Virus record (IMG/VR): IMGVR_UViG_3300025822_000030
Coordinates: 1-24,884 of that record
Reading direction: 5' to 3' (one strand)
DNA from: a virus
Lineage: Duplodnaviria > Caudoviricetes
DNA length: 24,884 bases
Shown here: piece after piece, positions 7,801 to 17,355 of the stretch
Layout: each line of letters begins with the position of its first letter
Position numbering within the stretch: the stretch's first letter is position 1
Position numbers and translations under genes: made by a program
The notes under the pieces: generated by a model
Seen by the model: only the letters and a program-made list of their open reading frames with translations
Database searches by the model: none
Told to the model about the DNA's origin: nothing

Positions 7801-10800
7801 TAATATCCGATGAGCATACCCGCCCTTTCTCCATCTCCCTGTCTTAATGCTCGGGAGATTTCACGCAAGGCGGCTATTTGTCTAGGATGGATTGGTCCTT
7901 TGGCGAGTTGATCAATAACTGCCTCGCTGAGTGCTGGTAAGTCCTTGGCGAATGGCCTACCCTTGTCGTTGGTCTCGACATCGATTCCATTCTTTTGTAA
8001 TACATCTGCGGCATGATCTCCGGCGGCCTCGGATACTTTATTAGCTTCCGTTCCCGTCATGCGGATCGGATTACCGAGTGCGTCTTTTTCGATTTCTCCC
8101 GTCTGTGGATTAGTCTTATAGATTCCGCCTGTGTTTAATTTATCAACCACATTGGGGTTCTTCTGATCTTCAACTGTGTAAAGAGTTTCAAACTCGTCAT
8201 CGATTGGTTTCTTACCTTCAGTCTTACGAGTCTTTCCAGTATTCGGATCGGTAAACTCAGAACCTTCAATTTCTGCCTTCTTTAATCCTCGGACATCCTT
8301 GTAATACTTTTCAATTAAATTCTGTAGCTCGGGGATCTTTCGGAGTTTGCCCTTAAATAGATCAGTCGAAGTAATAAATTTTCCATCTGCATTGAGTGGC
8401 TGATTTAATTTAAGGAGAAAGTCACGGAGGAAAGACACTCCTGTTATTCCATCGATTGTTGCCTGTATAGCTTTGCCCGCTGGTCCTTGGTTGAGTGCTT
8501 TTTCCCGCTTACCGGTTAAAAGAAAATCCGCTCCCTGGTCGGCAAATATTTCTCTACCGATTTTTTGTGGATTAGCCTCGTAGTCAGCAACAGCTTCGGG
8601 GTCTAACGATGCATCTTTGCGAAGTCGATCCATGTAGATGTCTCGCAGTTCAATAAATTCATCAGTATAAATAACATTTCCATCTTTATCGTAGGATGCA
8701 AACTCTCCGGCAGTCTTGGTTTCCTTGTCCCCGAATAGTATTCGATTAACCATCGGAGTAAGTCCGTGGACTTCCATGAAGTGGGTAAGCTCATGTGCCA
8801 ATGTCCCCTTTAAATATCCCGAACCATTCGGATTATAAGACACCTCCATCGTTATAGGATCAAACTCGCCCTCCCCTTTAGTTGTCTGTTTAAATACGAC
8901 ATCGGGATGAGATAAACTGTATCCAGCAATTTGTGTGCGGATATGGGCGGGCATGGCATCAAATTCCGCCTGTTCGCTTTTCGTTAAATGCTCACGATAA
9001 TATTGAATATCTCCAATCTGTTTACTGTAAAGATCTCCTTTAGTCTTATAATTTTCGTACATCCCAGCACCCGCACCTAATGCGGTAAAGGGTGCGGACA
9101 TGATTGCTCCGGCAACCGCACCACTCGGCTGACCCGCAGATGCGACAAAGCCAATCGTTGCGGGTAGACTTGCACCGGCGGCCATCCCTTTGCCGAATCT
9201 GCCAAGTGTTTCGAGTGGTGTACCTAATCGCCCAACCGCACCGGCATTATCCAAGAAATTAGCAACCTTCTGAGTGGCATTCGATATTGTTGGGGCTTGC
9301 CCGATTTTCTCTCCACCTGGTCCAACTCTAAAAGGTTGTGCCGATGGATTTACCTCTTTTGCTGATGCCCTACTCCCTTGGGCAATTGCATCTTTTACTC
9401 TACTAGCTAATCCCTCGGGACTCGGTTTCATTAGGATATTAAATTTATCCATCGTTGCTCCAGCTAGTCCTTGGTCAGGAGTTGGGAGCATAGAAAGTCT
9501 GCGGAAGAATGGTGTATGATCACCCGTTCTTGCGAGGGTAAGTTCTGATCCGACTACTCGGGCATCCCTTGCAATGTTATCATATAAACTTAATGCTTTC
9601 GGACCAATAAATGTTGCTAGTGCCGCCACAGCCGCACCGCCACCTAAAGCATCTTGATCAAACGAAAATCCAGCCGCTGAACCCAAGCCCAATGCTGTAC
9701 CACTTAAATTCTTAAAGTTTTTATACCTTTGGCGGGCTGATTCAATAGTCACTTCTCTCCCAGCTTGCCGTTCAGAATTTATTATATAACGGATAGCGCT
9801 ATTTTCCGTCATAGAAGATAAGAACCTTCCAATCTTTGCGATAGTCGGTAATGATGCTCCAACAGCCGCACCAATTGGTCCCGCTACTAATGCACCAACA
9901 CTAGCACCGGCAATCTCAGGATTGAGCTTGGCCGCAGTGTTCGCAACTCTTCGGAGTTTGCTCATCTTGTCGGTTGCTTTTGTTGCCTCCTGGACTAATC
10001 CCATGCCCATCTTTCCGGCATCGGTTGACTGGTCGAAAGTTTCCATTGCCACCTTGCCGAGAGTTTCGGGTGAGGCTTTACCCATCAAACGAAGGTGAAG
10101 CGAATTGCTTCCATACTTCTGTAAAACTTTTTGCTGTTCTGCTAGTTCATCCGCCAACTTGGCAGACTCTTTTGTAATTCGAGATCGAATAAGAGCCTGT
10201 AAACTCTTGTTTGCTATATCTGTGGGAAGTTTCTGTAAAGTGTTCTGATACTTGGCAAGCTGGATAGTTTTTTGCTGAACATCTTGAATCGTTTTAAGCA
10301 TTCTACCTTTTAACCCGATTCTCATGGGTGCGGTAACTCCTTTAGCTAGAGTACCACCCGCCGCATTAAGCGGATCACCAACAACTTCAAAGGCTAATCC
10401 AATGCCCTCACTGGGTACTTGGAAGCCCGAACGGAGATCCTGTTCAAGTTGCGAGTCAAATGTCATAGATTCGGGTTCTATTCCGACTGTCCCCTTCAAT
10501 GCATCGACAGGATTATCCATCACCCATGCGGCAAACTCGGCGGCAGTTTCATACTCGTAATTTACCTTATCAAATCCGATTAAACTATTCACATAGCTAA
10601 GAACTTCCCCGTCATCCTCCTCGTCTAAAGTTAAATAGTTTGATAATGCGGCTCCGCCCCGAAGTAAGAACTCAGGTGTCTTCCATGCCCTAGCTGTACC
10701 CATTCCGACAGATGATTTTATATTGTCAGATGCGTAATCCATTGCGGCGGCTTTAACTCGGCCACGGGCATCTTTATTCTTTTGATAAAATGGCATCCCT

Positions 10801-11285
10801 GTCTGCTTGAGTGCTTCGGAGATTGGATCAAATCCTAAATCGCCTAAACTTTCTTGGTTATCTAGTAGCCCAAAAAGTCTTTTTCCCGCTTCCCTAAATT
10901 GCTCTATATTTTCTGTTTTATCGTAGGATACTGCTTCATCATCTAGCTGAAGAACTTTAGAGTATGGGGAAGTTAGTGGGTCAATCCTTGTGCCTAAGTT
11001 ATCAACCATATCCCCGAGGGTAGAAAGTAATCCAGGTGATTCCTCATCTTGAATCGTCTCAGGGTCATCATCCACATCTAATATCGGACCGGACGGAGTA
11101 TCAAAGAATCCATTCCGATAGGCGGATATTTTAGCCTCGTTTGACAATTGCGATGCACCGTATGGCCGCACCATCGTCTTAGCTGCTTCCCAAAAATGCT
11201 GATCGGATGGTTCCTCGCCATCCTCTAATTCTAGTATCCCTCGGACCTGTGGTAGCTCGGGGTGACTAATTTCGTACTTAGCCAT
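4818..11285 (-). CDS. Giant polyvalent internal virion/ejection protein with zincin motif and ADP-ribosyltransferase-like modules
   Basis: 2155 aa; last of three ejection-position genes; Gly/Ala hydrophobic stretches; HELTH; FHGT..GLYFA, YHGT..GFYFT..EIVAF.PEQIKSA and YRAV..WVT..HEWG modules. Confidence 0.85.
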   Translation of the reverse strand: MAKYEISHPELPQVRGILELEDGEEPSDQHFWEAAKTMVRPYGASQLSNEAKISAYRNGFFDTPSGPILDVDDDPETIQDEESPGLLSTLGDMVDNLGTRIDPLTSPYSKVLQLDDEAVSYDKTENIEQFREAGKRLFGLLDNQESLGDLGFDPISEALKQTGMPFYQKNKDARGRVKAAAMDYASDNIKSSVGMGTARAWKTPEFLLRGGAALSNYLTLDEEDDGEVLSYVNSLIGFDKVNYEYETAAEFAAWVMDNPVDALKGTVGIEPESMTFDSQLEQDLRSGFQVPSEGIGLAFEVVGDPLNAAGGTLAKGVTAPMRIGLKGRMLKTIQDVQQKTIQLAKYQNTLQKLPTDIANKSLQALIRSRITKESAKLADELAEQQKVLQKYGSNSLHLRLMGKASPETLGKVAMETFDQSTDAGKMGMGLVQEATKATDKMSKLRRVANTAAKLNPEIAGASVGALVAGPIGAAVGASLPTIAKIGRFLSSMTENSAIRYIINSERQAGREVTIESARQRYKNFKNLSGTALGLGSAAGFSFDQDALGGGAAVAALATFIGPKALSLYDNIARDARVVGSELTLARTGDHTPFFRRLSMLPTPDQGLAGATMDKFNILMKPSPEGLASRVKDAIAQGSRASAKEVNPSAQPFRVGPGGEKIGQAPTISNATQKVANFLDNAGAVGRLGTPLETLGRFGKGMAAGASLPATIGFVASAGQPSGAVAGAIMSAPFTALGAGAGMYENYKTKGDLYSKQIGDIQYYREHLTKSEQAEFDAMPAHIRTQIAGYSLSHPDVVFKQTTKGEGEFDPITMEVSYNPNGSGYLKGTLAHELTHFMEVHGLTPMVNRILFGDKETKTAGEFASYDKDGNVIYTDEFIELRDIYMDRLRKDASLDPEAVADYEANPQKIGREIFADQGADFLLTGKREKALNQGPAGKAIQATIDGITGVSFLRDFLLKLNQPLNADGKFITSTDLFKGKLRKIPELQNLIEKYYKDVRGLKKAEIEGSEFTDPNTGKTRKTEGKKPIDDEFETLYTVEDQKNPNVVDKLNTGGIYKTNPQTGEIEKDALGNPIRMTGTEANKVSEAAGDHAADVLQKNGIDVETNDKGRPFAKDLPALSEAVIDQLAKGPIHPRQIAALREISRALRQGDGERAGMLIGYYSATQGRKPKAVPFAVRTTMPYGFELTAQGNILVRIHDVGQIQKNLEFLKGERQPKKLPDDLIGMYDELFGNDNAVWDAFSLYRQNTANGIDGRTGLDADPVIANKKLNFLNALHGGITKSQVAMNPVLDAIGYNMAAINKKHNPFGPATKTFRLDRVFNAERSGKASPVNEQRVINLMSPEAQKLFMPTETFEGSPGSYFRPKSSRDTSAQVRTFKSPVQLKDGSRLSGVADNPEQSPFYGFDKNGQEFSQGREYINPQDITKSRDSDRTANQIRNELESGQKLFIPAFHGTPHTLAPEAGAPLGRFRTSKIGTGEGAQAYGHGLYFAGKREVAEFYRKQSRDGENRLFDGKAKDSTNIKHLAADYLADEMGVGNYMSLNSNKSSARRDLISWMESSLKDIQNNPSDYPTGKYQEFQQVIKTLRDQNEADVTIAGSLYKVELAPKENEYLLYDKTLGEQPKGVQDKLKKFLREQEGEDTWQYRQEQDYRDITNNVLDDMPEAEISKRLKEAGIPGIKYLDGASRSKGEGDFNYVIFDEADVTVTDKLFMPASEAGATKGKVAEAAKLWNEKGIDSPYFKKWFGKSKVVDDNGEPLVVYHGTSDKFTAFDADRYQTINKGDFGEGFYFTPKKGQARLYSQDAIKKTDPEVLALQKEYEAQAKQLGTSTMMAAIDLGLNSPEYKKLQQFESKLDQKLQSINKGNDEIIIDSYLSLENPLIVKSTSASDPFLAQSAKERGHDGIIVKFDNGRIDEIVAFSPEQIKSATGNRGTFDAGERNILFMPASELKKQVGAKQAKEIQYKRLFMPTSKDGEDYRGYHLAPDRDNGAPLHDVTDMYPSDIYGPNGARYYGTGDPILDAKSIAIIQEMYGNPDGEVTIYRAVPEFADEIRPNDWVTIVREYAELHGESGNAGGDNYNILSKKVKASELFTEANSLHEWGWSPEDKSSKQFMPSDPKAPKAQPANRIQQQAPAMPGNRFMAPAASAGAKLSERFR
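4863..7250 (-). repeat. Seven dispersed FMP-type peptide motifs delimiting C-terminal modules
   Basis: F-M/I-P/A codons at 7236-7244, 6939-6947, 6150-6158, 5454-5462, 5382-5390, 4947-4955 and 4863-4871. Confidence 0.85.
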
Positions 11286-12610
11286 TACGGAGCAATCGGT
11301 GTGAATATACCGCCACCTGGTAATGTACTTGCCTGTGGTACACTTGGATCTTGTGGGGGTTTTCCTTGTGGTTGCCCGTTCTGAGGTAATCTTATGTCAG
11401 GGAATATTACCTCCTCAAAAAGTAAGTTAGCTTGGTCCGGTGCGAGATTTCGATTTTGCTTATTAATTGTTCTGTCAAACTTCTGCCTAGTTTGGCGGAT
11501 CAAGGGATCAATAGATTTACCTCTAGCATCTACTATTTTTTTAGCTTGGGTAATAAAATCTTGTCTTTGTTTTTCGTCAAGTCTTTGGCCTTTTGACCAA
11601 TTATTAAACATATTCCTTATTCGATCGGGGACACCGGCGGCGTTTTGTGCGTTAGCAAACTCCCCTTCTCTAACTGTACTACCAGGATCAAGAACTTTCA
11701 TGTATTGAAAAATTAAACTAAGGTCACCAGCGGCTGACGGATTTTCTGCCGCTGAACTTATCGTATTATAAGATATAACGACATTTTTATAATCTTGTAC
11801 TTGTTTATTTTTATCGAAATTAGCACTAAGATCGTTTAATGGCTTGTCGAATAATTGCCTTGTTGTCTCTTCCTTATTTTTAAGGTCAATTGCATCTTTT
11901 GGGTCTATTCTATTTGACTCTGCTAAATCAGCCTCCGCCTTCTGCAAACTCATAAATCGACTACCAGCAAGCACAGGATCAAGATTTTGCTCTTTAGCAA
12001 ACCGACCAAAATCAGATGAGCCAAGTTCTCCGCCTAATACTTTGGGTGCTTCATCCCTTTGAAATTCTAAAAATCGATTTCTTGCACCTTGATCCCCGCC
12101 TAAAGCGAATAGGCCAGGCTGTGCTTGGTTAAAGTCTTCTACGACTGCTGGATCGGGTGTTTCAGCTAAAAGGGCTTCTGCCATGCCCATCTGATTTGCC
12201 TTCAACTCATCTGCCTCTGCCTGAATCAAATCTTTTTCCGATTGTATCTGTGCGGCTTTATCTCCAGCAATCTTTTGCGCACTTCGCCGGTTGGCCGCCA
12301 TTTGGGCAATTCGGCCTTCTTCGATCTTCATCTGCTGTTCAGCACCTTTTTTACGCTGATATTCTTTTTGCAGAAATGGATTCTTGGCGATTGCTTTGGC
12401 ATCTTTTTCGGAGACTCCCTGGTTCATCAGATAGCCCGTCATTTCTTCTGCCCGTGCTTTCTTTTCTCGCCCTTCGATGAATCCTTTTGCTACCTGGTTA
12501 AGAGCATTGCCGAATGCCATATTTGCATTCGCATTTGCCTGTCCCGCCCTTTCATAGGCCGAGGTGTCGATTTTCATTAAGCCCGCCTGAACTGTATCTC
12601 CAATTGCCAT
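11285..12610 (-). CDS. Putative internal virion/DNA ejection protein
   Basis: Position; helical Q/A/K-rich sequence; GDLSLIFQYMKVLDPGSTVREGEF motif; stop overlaps the next start. Confidence 0.65.
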   Translation of the reverse strand: MAIGDTVQAGLMKIDTSAYERAGQANANANMAFGNALNQVAKGFIEGREKKARAEEMTGYLMNQGVSEKDAKAIAKNPFLQKEYQRKKGAEQQMKIEEGRIAQMAANRRSAQKIAGDKAAQIQSEKDLIQAEADELKANQMGMAEALLAETPDPAVVEDFNQAQPGLFALGGDQGARNRFLEFQRDEAPKVLGGELGSSDFGRFAKEQNLDPVLAGSRFMSLQKAEADLAESNRIDPKDAIDLKNKEETTRQLFDKPLNDLSANFDKNKQVQDYKNVVISYNTISSAAENPSAAGDLSLIFQYMKVLDPGSTVREGEFANAQNAAGVPDRIRNMFNNWSKGQRLDEKQRQDFITQAKKIVDARGKSIDPLIRQTRQKFDRTINKQNRNLAPDQANLLFEEVIFPDIRLPQNGQPQGKPPQDPSVPQASTLPGGGIFTPIAP

Positions 12611-12614
12611 AATT

Positions 12615-14009
12615 TTATCCTCTGCTTAGATATCCACCGCCTAATGATCCAATCGCACCAAATAAACCCTGTGCCATTCCGCTCGCCGCATTTTCTCGGG
12701 CGGCGTAATTTGCTGAGTCGTAGTTCGCTTTATTAGCATAACCTTGCATACCAATATTTACTCCAGCATCGGGATTTATCCGAGTTACTGATTCCTGTGG
12801 CATTCCGAAAAGTGCGGACCTTTCTCCAAATCCTTGGGCGGTATAATTCTGTCCACCTCGAAGCATCGCCATTGGATCGACTGAGGTTGATTTATTTAAA
12901 TTAGATGCATAAGATCCGAGGCTTTGTGCTTGTTGGCGATTCTGTCCGATAATATCTCTTAAATAATCCTCTCGGCTCATGGCCTCAGCGGCAATGCCCG
13001 CATTATCCATTCCCCTACCCCTCGCCACTAATCCTTCACGGGCGGACTGAGTGGCTCGCCGTCTCATTTCGGGCGATAGGTCAGTCATTTGTGCTTCATT
13101 GAAAGCCTGATCGGCTAACTGGTTAGCTTGTTGTGTACGAGCTTGCATGAGTGGATCGGATGCACGATAAGCCTGATTCATATCCGCACCAAATCGACCA
13201 AGCATAGAAATATCTGACCCCGCCTGTCTTTCTGCCATCCTCGCCCCGAAATCCTGTGACCGCATAGCATTCGATTCTGCTAGGCTAGCCATCGGATCGG
13301 CGGCTCGTTGGGCAAGACCCATCTGTAAATCTTGATACTGTGGGTCGTACTTTTGGCGTACCCCAAGCATTTGATCTTGAAGCCCTGAGTCGGCCATTGC
13401 TCCGACATAATCTCGGGCAGATTTGCCGACATTAAATTCGGGTAAGGGAGGGGGTGCTTTTCCTCCTCCAAAGAGTTTCTGCAAGAAGAAGGAAGGTACT
13501 CCCGAGGAGTTGACCGGTTCACCCGCTCCACCGGCATCCTTTAGCATTTGTGCTTCTTGTTGATTAATGTACGCTAATCCTTCACCTTCCGGTGCGGCTG
13601 TGTTAAGAAGCATGGCCGCCTGTTTGAGCGGATCTTCGGGGGCGAAGGAAACTATTCCATCTTTTGTCATTTTACCCTTTGCACCGGAGAGCATGAGAAG
13701 TTCCCGTTCGATCGGATTGATGTACGCTAACGATTCCCCGCTTGGCGATTGTTCGGCTAAATATTTTATTACCTGGTCTTGCGAAATATCCTGATTAAAA
13801 TGCTCGGGGTTGGTGTCGGGAAAATGGCTTGGGTTTGTACGCCGACGCATTTGAACATGGGTGTCCCCGTATTGGTGGGAAAGCGGGTCTTTTGAGCGAG
13901 TTACTTGCTGGGGAGCTATTTGGGCCTGTTGTACTAGATTTAAACGCATCTCTGCTTCTTCTGCAATTTCCTCTTCCGATGGGCCGATTAATTTTTTTAT
14001 GAAGTCCAT
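12615..14009 (-). CDS. Putative DNA pilot/ejection protein
   Basis: Q/A/M/G-rich helical body, C-terminal glycine-zipper GLFGAIGSLGGG, duplicated LAYIN module. Confidence 0.65.
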   Translation of the reverse strand: MDFIKKLIGPSEEEIAEEAEMRLNLVQQAQIAPQQVTRSKDPLSHQYGDTHVQMRRRTNPSHFPDTNPEHFNQDISQDQVIKYLAEQSPSGESLAYINPIERELLMLSGAKGKMTKDGIVSFAPEDPLKQAAMLLNTAAPEGEGLAYINQQEAQMLKDAGGAGEPVNSSGVPSFFLQKLFGGGKAPPPLPEFNVGKSARDYVGAMADSGLQDQMLGVRQKYDPQYQDLQMGLAQRAADPMASLAESNAMRSQDFGARMAERQAGSDISMLGRFGADMNQAYRASDPLMQARTQQANQLADQAFNEAQMTDLSPEMRRRATQSAREGLVARGRGMDNAGIAAEAMSREDYLRDIIGQNRQQAQSLGSYASNLNKSTSVDPMAMLRGGQNYTAQGFGERSALFGMPQESVTRINPDAGVNIGMQGYANKANYDSANYAARENAASGMAQGLFGAIGSLGGGYLSRG

Positions 14010-14010
14010 A

Positions 14011-14763
14011 TTAAGTCTTTATTATGTAATTTAAAATGATGGTCGGCTGAACATTGTTGTGGGCTCCGCCTCCTCCTGTTGAAGCGGTCGAACCCGAACC
14101 CGAGCAAACATTATTTGTGTTTCCCCCCGAAGTCCCGAAATCGTCTGATGTGGATGAGTCAATGATTAATCCGTGGGTATGAGCGGGCAGTTCTGCGGTA
14201 CTGAGGGTGTGCGTTTCTGCTCCTCCTGATCCGCCTAAAACATCTCCGTCAACTCCACCAGTTAAACCAGTTAATCGATTAGCAGATGCTCCGCCCATAT
14301 CATCCTGTCCGGCAATTACTCGGCCTCGAAGGTCGGGGATATTGAAAGTCGATGAACCATCTCCCGATCCGTAGGTGGTTGCCAACAGTCCAAAAAGAGT
14401 CGAATAAGTGGAGCGTGAAATTGCCGCACCATCACACAATAAATAACCTGTTGGGGCAGATGAACCGGCGTAAGGCATAATTGATGCCGTTGGCATGAGA
14501 ACACTTACTGCTCCAGCATCTAGCTTGGCGGCTGTTACTGCTCCATCTTGAATCTTTGCGGTGATGACGGAATCCGTGGCCAACTGGGTCGCTGTGATTC
14601 CGGCATCCTTAACTTTTAATTTACTCGAACCTAAAGTAAGGGTCGAATTGTCAGTCGTATCTGCCGCCGAGGTAAAATACGCTTGGCCGACAATATCAAT
14701 TAATTTCTGTGCGGTGACTTGATCGCCACTCGCAAAACTCTGTCCTGTTGATAATACTGCCAT
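14011..14763 (-). CDS. Tail fiber-like protein with phage tail collar domain
   Basis: IMPYAG..APTGYLLCDG.AISRSTY..LF......YG.GDG..TFNIPDLRGR, GGAETHTLS..ELPAHTH, HNNVQP..ILNYIIK. Confidence 0.9.
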   Translation of the reverse strand: MAVLSTGQSFASGDQVTAQKLIDIVGQAYFTSAADTTDNSTLTLGSSKLKVKDAGITATQLATDSVITAKIQDGAVTAAKLDAGAVSVLMPTASIMPYAGSSAPTGYLLCDGAAISRSTYSTLFGLLATTYGSGDGSSTFNIPDLRGRVIAGQDDMGGASANRLTGLTGGVDGDVLGGSGGAETHTLSTAELPAHTHGLIIDSSTSDDFGTSGGNTNNVCSGSGSTASTGGGGAHNNVQPTIILNYIIKT

Positions 14764-14773
14764 AATGTTTCTC

Positions 14774-17215
14774 CTATGAAATTGAAGTTGTGCTTCTGTC
14801 TGTTACTCGGGCATCTATCTTAACTGCCCGTAAAAATGGTCTGCCCACTGTGGGCTTAAAGTCTGTCTGTATTCCGAATCCTCTTTTTCTTACTCCCAAT
14901 CGGATTGAGGAATCCTCGTTTGCCGGTAAAGTTGAACCTAGCAGAGTGGAGATCGATGTGGCCGAAGATGTGGAGTCGGGATCTTCAGTTATGAAACTGA
15001 TATCACCATCGGAAAGTCCTTGATCTGAGCTTTTTATATGTAGCTCGGAACGGGAAAACATTTTCCTATCGGCAGTATCGGCATCGTATTGGCGAGTGGT
15101 GCATTGGCTTACTACATCGATGGTTTCGGGAACCGCCTGACCGGCGGACATACTTACCACATCCCCTCCATCTGCTCCATCGACTTTGTGGATGCCGCCT
15201 TCTTCAGTGGTAAGATAGAGGGCATTCTGCGAACCTTCTTTGCCGACTATTAATTCACGAATCGCAAACTCGGTTGAGTTAACTGTGTCGATGCTTTCAA
15301 AGCCTCCATTAAGGAAGCTGTACACGATTATAGTGTTAAGCTTAGTTGCATCTCCGCTCCCTGGAACAATGTCTAATGGTAACGCCAGCCAGTAACGATT
15401 ATCGAAGTAAACTCCACAAGACAGATGAACATAATCCTGATTAATTCGGTCGATAAAGGGCTGGATGGTTTCCGAGATTGGAGTGCCTGTTCCCCGTAAA
15501 TTATAAGCGTCAAGAAATTCGACTGAATAGATACCTTGGTCAGATAAAAACATTATTTGATTTGCTACCTGGACTACTGACTTTCTTGCCGAGCATCCGA
15601 TTTCTGTGGTTACCACATTGGTCGAAACATCAGCAAGAGATCCGCTTATCCCACTCATTAGATGGATCGATTTTCGATTAAATACTACGAGCGAATCCTT
15701 AGTGAATGGAGTAAGCTGGACCAAGTAATCGCTTTGCCCGGCAGAGGGTCTAAACTGATTGCCAATCACATCCACTGTATCAAAATCCATAATGTCAGAA
15801 CTTACTATCTCATCCCTTATTCCTCGGTCCGTAGGATTAGTTTCCGAGGTGTACCAGTAAGGCATCCAAAGCCTTCGTTCGTGAACGATTCCCCAAGGTG
15901 CGGCGGGTTGGTGAATGTAGCCTTTTCCGACTGCTAGGGGTTTATTAACTGTTAAAGTTTTAGACTGGCCAATTGAAACATTTGCGACTTCTAAATTAAA
16001 CTGAAATTGATTTGCATTCGGGACATTGGAAACACGAGTTTTTTGATTCGTAAAGAGGTCGAATGGGCTTGTACCTGACTGGATGGTTAAATCATCCCCA
16101 GCGGACAGGCCGTGAGAATTTATATCCATGGTTACCACTCCGTCCTGTGCGACTGTTGTGGTATCAGTCAGGTAGAGCGGTGCAGTATAAGTTCCATTTG
16201 CCACTTTAGTGAAGTCTAAGAAAAATTCTACCTGTGCACCGGAAACATTAAAGGTCGTATTTTGGCTCGTTGCCATTGTAACTGTAAACTGATTTGTCGA
16301 TGCAGTGGCCACTTGGTAACAGTCATTTGGATTATTAGTCCAATTTCCTAGACCGGTTAAAGTAACATAATCATTAGCCGAGCGGCCATGTGCCGTGGCG
16401 TTTACAGTTATCGTCTGCCCACTTTGCGATGCCGATGAGATATCCACTCGCTGAACCTCGGGGCTGGCCTCGAGAGTTGTCTGACGAGTCCTAAAGATAT
16501 ACATCTTTCCGAGTCCCTGAGTCATTTGAACCGGTCCATCGACTGATTCCCCTCCAGCCTCATACCGACACTTGAAAAGTGCCGAGTCTTTCAGACGCAG
16601 AATGATACAGGTGGTATCAGTAGCGGTAAAAATATAATCATCGTTATTCGATGTGGCATCCGAAAAGACTGCCGATCCGAATACTTCGTTTACCCCGTTA
16701 TCGTTTAGGGTAAAATTTAAAGTTGTACCTATGGATGTGCCGGAAGCTACCACGGAAGTATTCCCTACACTTTCACCCTTTACTGTAAAAGTGGTATCCG
16801 CTCCGCTATTGGCAAAAGTCAGAGTCTTAGTTGTAAAATTGACCGAAGCTAAAGTTTGAGTGCCATCGACTGATGCATCTAGGTCATCGATGTGGAAATC
16901 TTCACCAGGTATAAAAGAAAGCGAAGGTGTAGTGCTTAAAATTAAGGTTACTACATTGCTCTGCCGTTGGGCCGATAAAATAATGTAAGGCAATCGGATC
17001 GCATTTTCACCCGAGGTAATCGATCCAAACAAAGTCGATAACCCTTTGCGAGTCTGCCAAGTTCCATCCTTATTCATTCGACCATTCTTCGACAATGCTA
17101 CCTCACCAGGCTTTAACTGGTTAGGGCGTAGACGGGCATTCATCCGCAGAAAGAAAGTATCCCCTTCCGATGTGAATGGATCGTCTAGTTTGCCGTATGA
17201 ACGATACCGGCTCAC
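14774..17215 (-). CDS. Tail nozzle / tail tubular protein B-like
   Basis: 813 aa beta-rich; N-terminal N.RM...G.WQTRKG; propeller-like IGC.A..SVV......FLS..GIY; GTG start overlaps the upstream stop. Confidence 0.7.
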   Translation of the reverse strand: MSRYRSYGKLDDPFTSEGDTFFLRMNARLRPNQLKPGEVALSKNGRMNKDGTWQTRKGLSTLFGSITSGENAIRLPYIILSAQRQSNVVTLILSTTPSLSFIPGEDFHIDDLDASVDGTQTLASVNFTTKTLTFANSGADTTFTVKGESVGNTSVVASGTSIGTTLNFTLNDNGVNEVFGSAVFSDATSNNDDYIFTATDTTCIILRLKDSALFKCRYEAGGESVDGPVQMTQGLGKMYIFRTRQTTLEASPEVQRVDISSASQSGQTITVNATAHGRSANDYVTLTGLGNWTNNPNDCYQVATASTNQFTVTMATSQNTTFNVSGAQVEFFLDFTKVANGTYTAPLYLTDTTTVAQDGVVTMDINSHGLSAGDDLTIQSGTSPFDLFTNQKTRVSNVPNANQFQFNLEVANVSIGQSKTLTVNKPLAVGKGYIHQPAAPWGIVHERRLWMPYWYTSETNPTDRGIRDEIVSSDIMDFDTVDVIGNQFRPSAGQSDYLVQLTPFTKDSLVVFNRKSIHLMSGISGSLADVSTNVVTTEIGCSARKSVVQVANQIMFLSDQGIYSVEFLDAYNLRGTGTPISETIQPFIDRINQDYVHLSCGVYFDNRYWLALPLDIVPGSGDATKLNTIIVYSFLNGGFESIDTVNSTEFAIRELIVGKEGSQNALYLTTEEGGIHKVDGADGGDVVSMSAGQAVPETIDVVSQCTTRQYDADTADRKMFSRSELHIKSSDQGLSDGDISFITEDPDSTSSATSISTLLGSTLPANEDSSIRLGVRKRGFGIQTDFKPTVGRPFLRAVKIDARVTDRSTTSIS

Positions 17216-17355
17216 TTCTTCTTTACCTCCTGGTAAATCTTAACCGCCATATATATAATCGTCATCCCACCGGCAATAATTCCGATTAGTTCATGGAAAG
17301 ATCCGCTTATACTAGCAAGCGATCCACCGGCTCCAGCTAATGCGGTTCGGTCCAT
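17212..17355 (-). CDS. Putative holin (47 aa, MDRTALAGAGGSLASISGSFHELIGIIAGGMTIIYMAVKIYQEVKKK)
   Basis: Not in the ORF track; TAATG and GTGA coupling on both sides; hydrophobic helix followed by a basic C-terminus. Confidence 0.6.
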   Translation of the reverse strand: MDRTALAGAGGSLASISGSFHELIGIIAGGMTIIYMAVKIYQEVKKK

